A stretch of 64,000 bases of DNA, taken from Ilumatobacteraceae bacterium (GTDB taxonomy: Bacteria > Actinomycetota > Acidimicrobiia > Acidimicrobiales > Ilumatobacteraceae). The stretch's first letter is position 1. Each line of letters opens with the position of its first letter. Made by a program: the position numbers and the translations under genes. The notes beneath the pieces are model-generated. The model had not been told where the DNA came from. It searched no databases and saw only the letters and a list, made by a program, of their open reading frames with translations. Location of the stretch: positions 492-64,491 of the forward strand of contig JANOJI010000001.1 of the NCBI GenBank assembly GCA_031408175.1, read 5' to 3'. This document shows positions 63,897-64,000 of this stretch, in pieces.

Positions 63897-64000
63897 GACG
63901 CCGCACCGAACCATTGACATAGGGCACGTTGGCAACCGCTGTGCAGACATGACTCTCAGCAAGGCGCACCGAGGCAGGAGATCCGACATGTACGAGCCAG

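Larger units (their letters stand above)
57519..64000 (-). mobile_element. Possible further island E extending past the right edge
   Basis: The flank of fragment 3 carries the same island-end signatures (TCCGTCGAG; AATCCTGTGCAC-N5-GTGCAC) seen right of fragments 1/2. Content includes decayed toxin/immunity-like genes. Confidence 0.35.

Noticed and set aside
63780-63989. 69-aa minus-strand ORF at the right edge, considered as a possible antitoxin for the MazF-like gene
   Set aside because: It lies antisense to and downstream of the toxin rather than upstream, and has no RHH/AbrB-like pattern. It is probably a chance ORF.

Overview
This is a GC-rich, GC3-skewed bacterial chromosome segment. 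Gene content looks Actinomycetota-like, with AGGGGGA-type RBSs and many ATGA/GTGA/TGATG coupled gene junctions. The exact taxon cannot be determined by eye.

Positions ~1-50,100 are a dense catabolic and transport neighbourhood. It holds:
- two complete family-5 (Opp/Dpp-type) ABC importers;
- three FCD-type GntR regulators and one TetR;
- two MlrC-like (M81) peptidase paralogues;
- a D-aminoacylase, and a PLP D-Ser-dehydratase-like deaminase with RidA;
- an AstE/AspA-family deacylase, a FAH-family hydrolase and a GGT-family protein;
- an ornithine-cyclodeaminase-family protein, an ALDH and several SDRs;
- sugar-acid-type enzymes (UxuA-like, IlvD/Edd, SMP-30 lactonase, Zn-ADH);
- a PhyH dioxygenase, a class-III aminotransferase and a cupin-type PMI-like protein.

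The most unusual core feature is a three-gene cassette at 18.9-20.9 kb. It encodes a CADD/PqqC-like heme-oxygenase-like di-iron protein with all six ligands, a 2Fe-2S ferredoxin with an Asp at the third Cys position, and a Rieske::NTF2-like fusion. An AT-rich GTATA-core motif recurs in nine promoter regions and looks like a GntR operator set. Small patches of gene decay lie at 20.9-21.8 kb and 23.6-23.9 kb.

Positions ~50,100-64,000 are a tandem array of integrative-element remnants. They are delimited by four copies (two identical, one diverged, one degenerate) of the 3' half of a tRNA-Leu(UAA) gene. The array contains:
- one intact and one decayed integrase+PIN unit;
- Xis/HTH genes;
- an orphan AAA+/DUF4143 ATPase;
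- probable arm-type repeats;
- a metabolic operon (NCS1 permease, 2 SDRs, deacetylase, SnoaL);
- decayed toxin/immunity-like genes, including a disrupted MazF-like gene.

I found no intact tRNA, rRNA or CRISPR array. All family assignments rest on motif recognition by eye, not on database searches.
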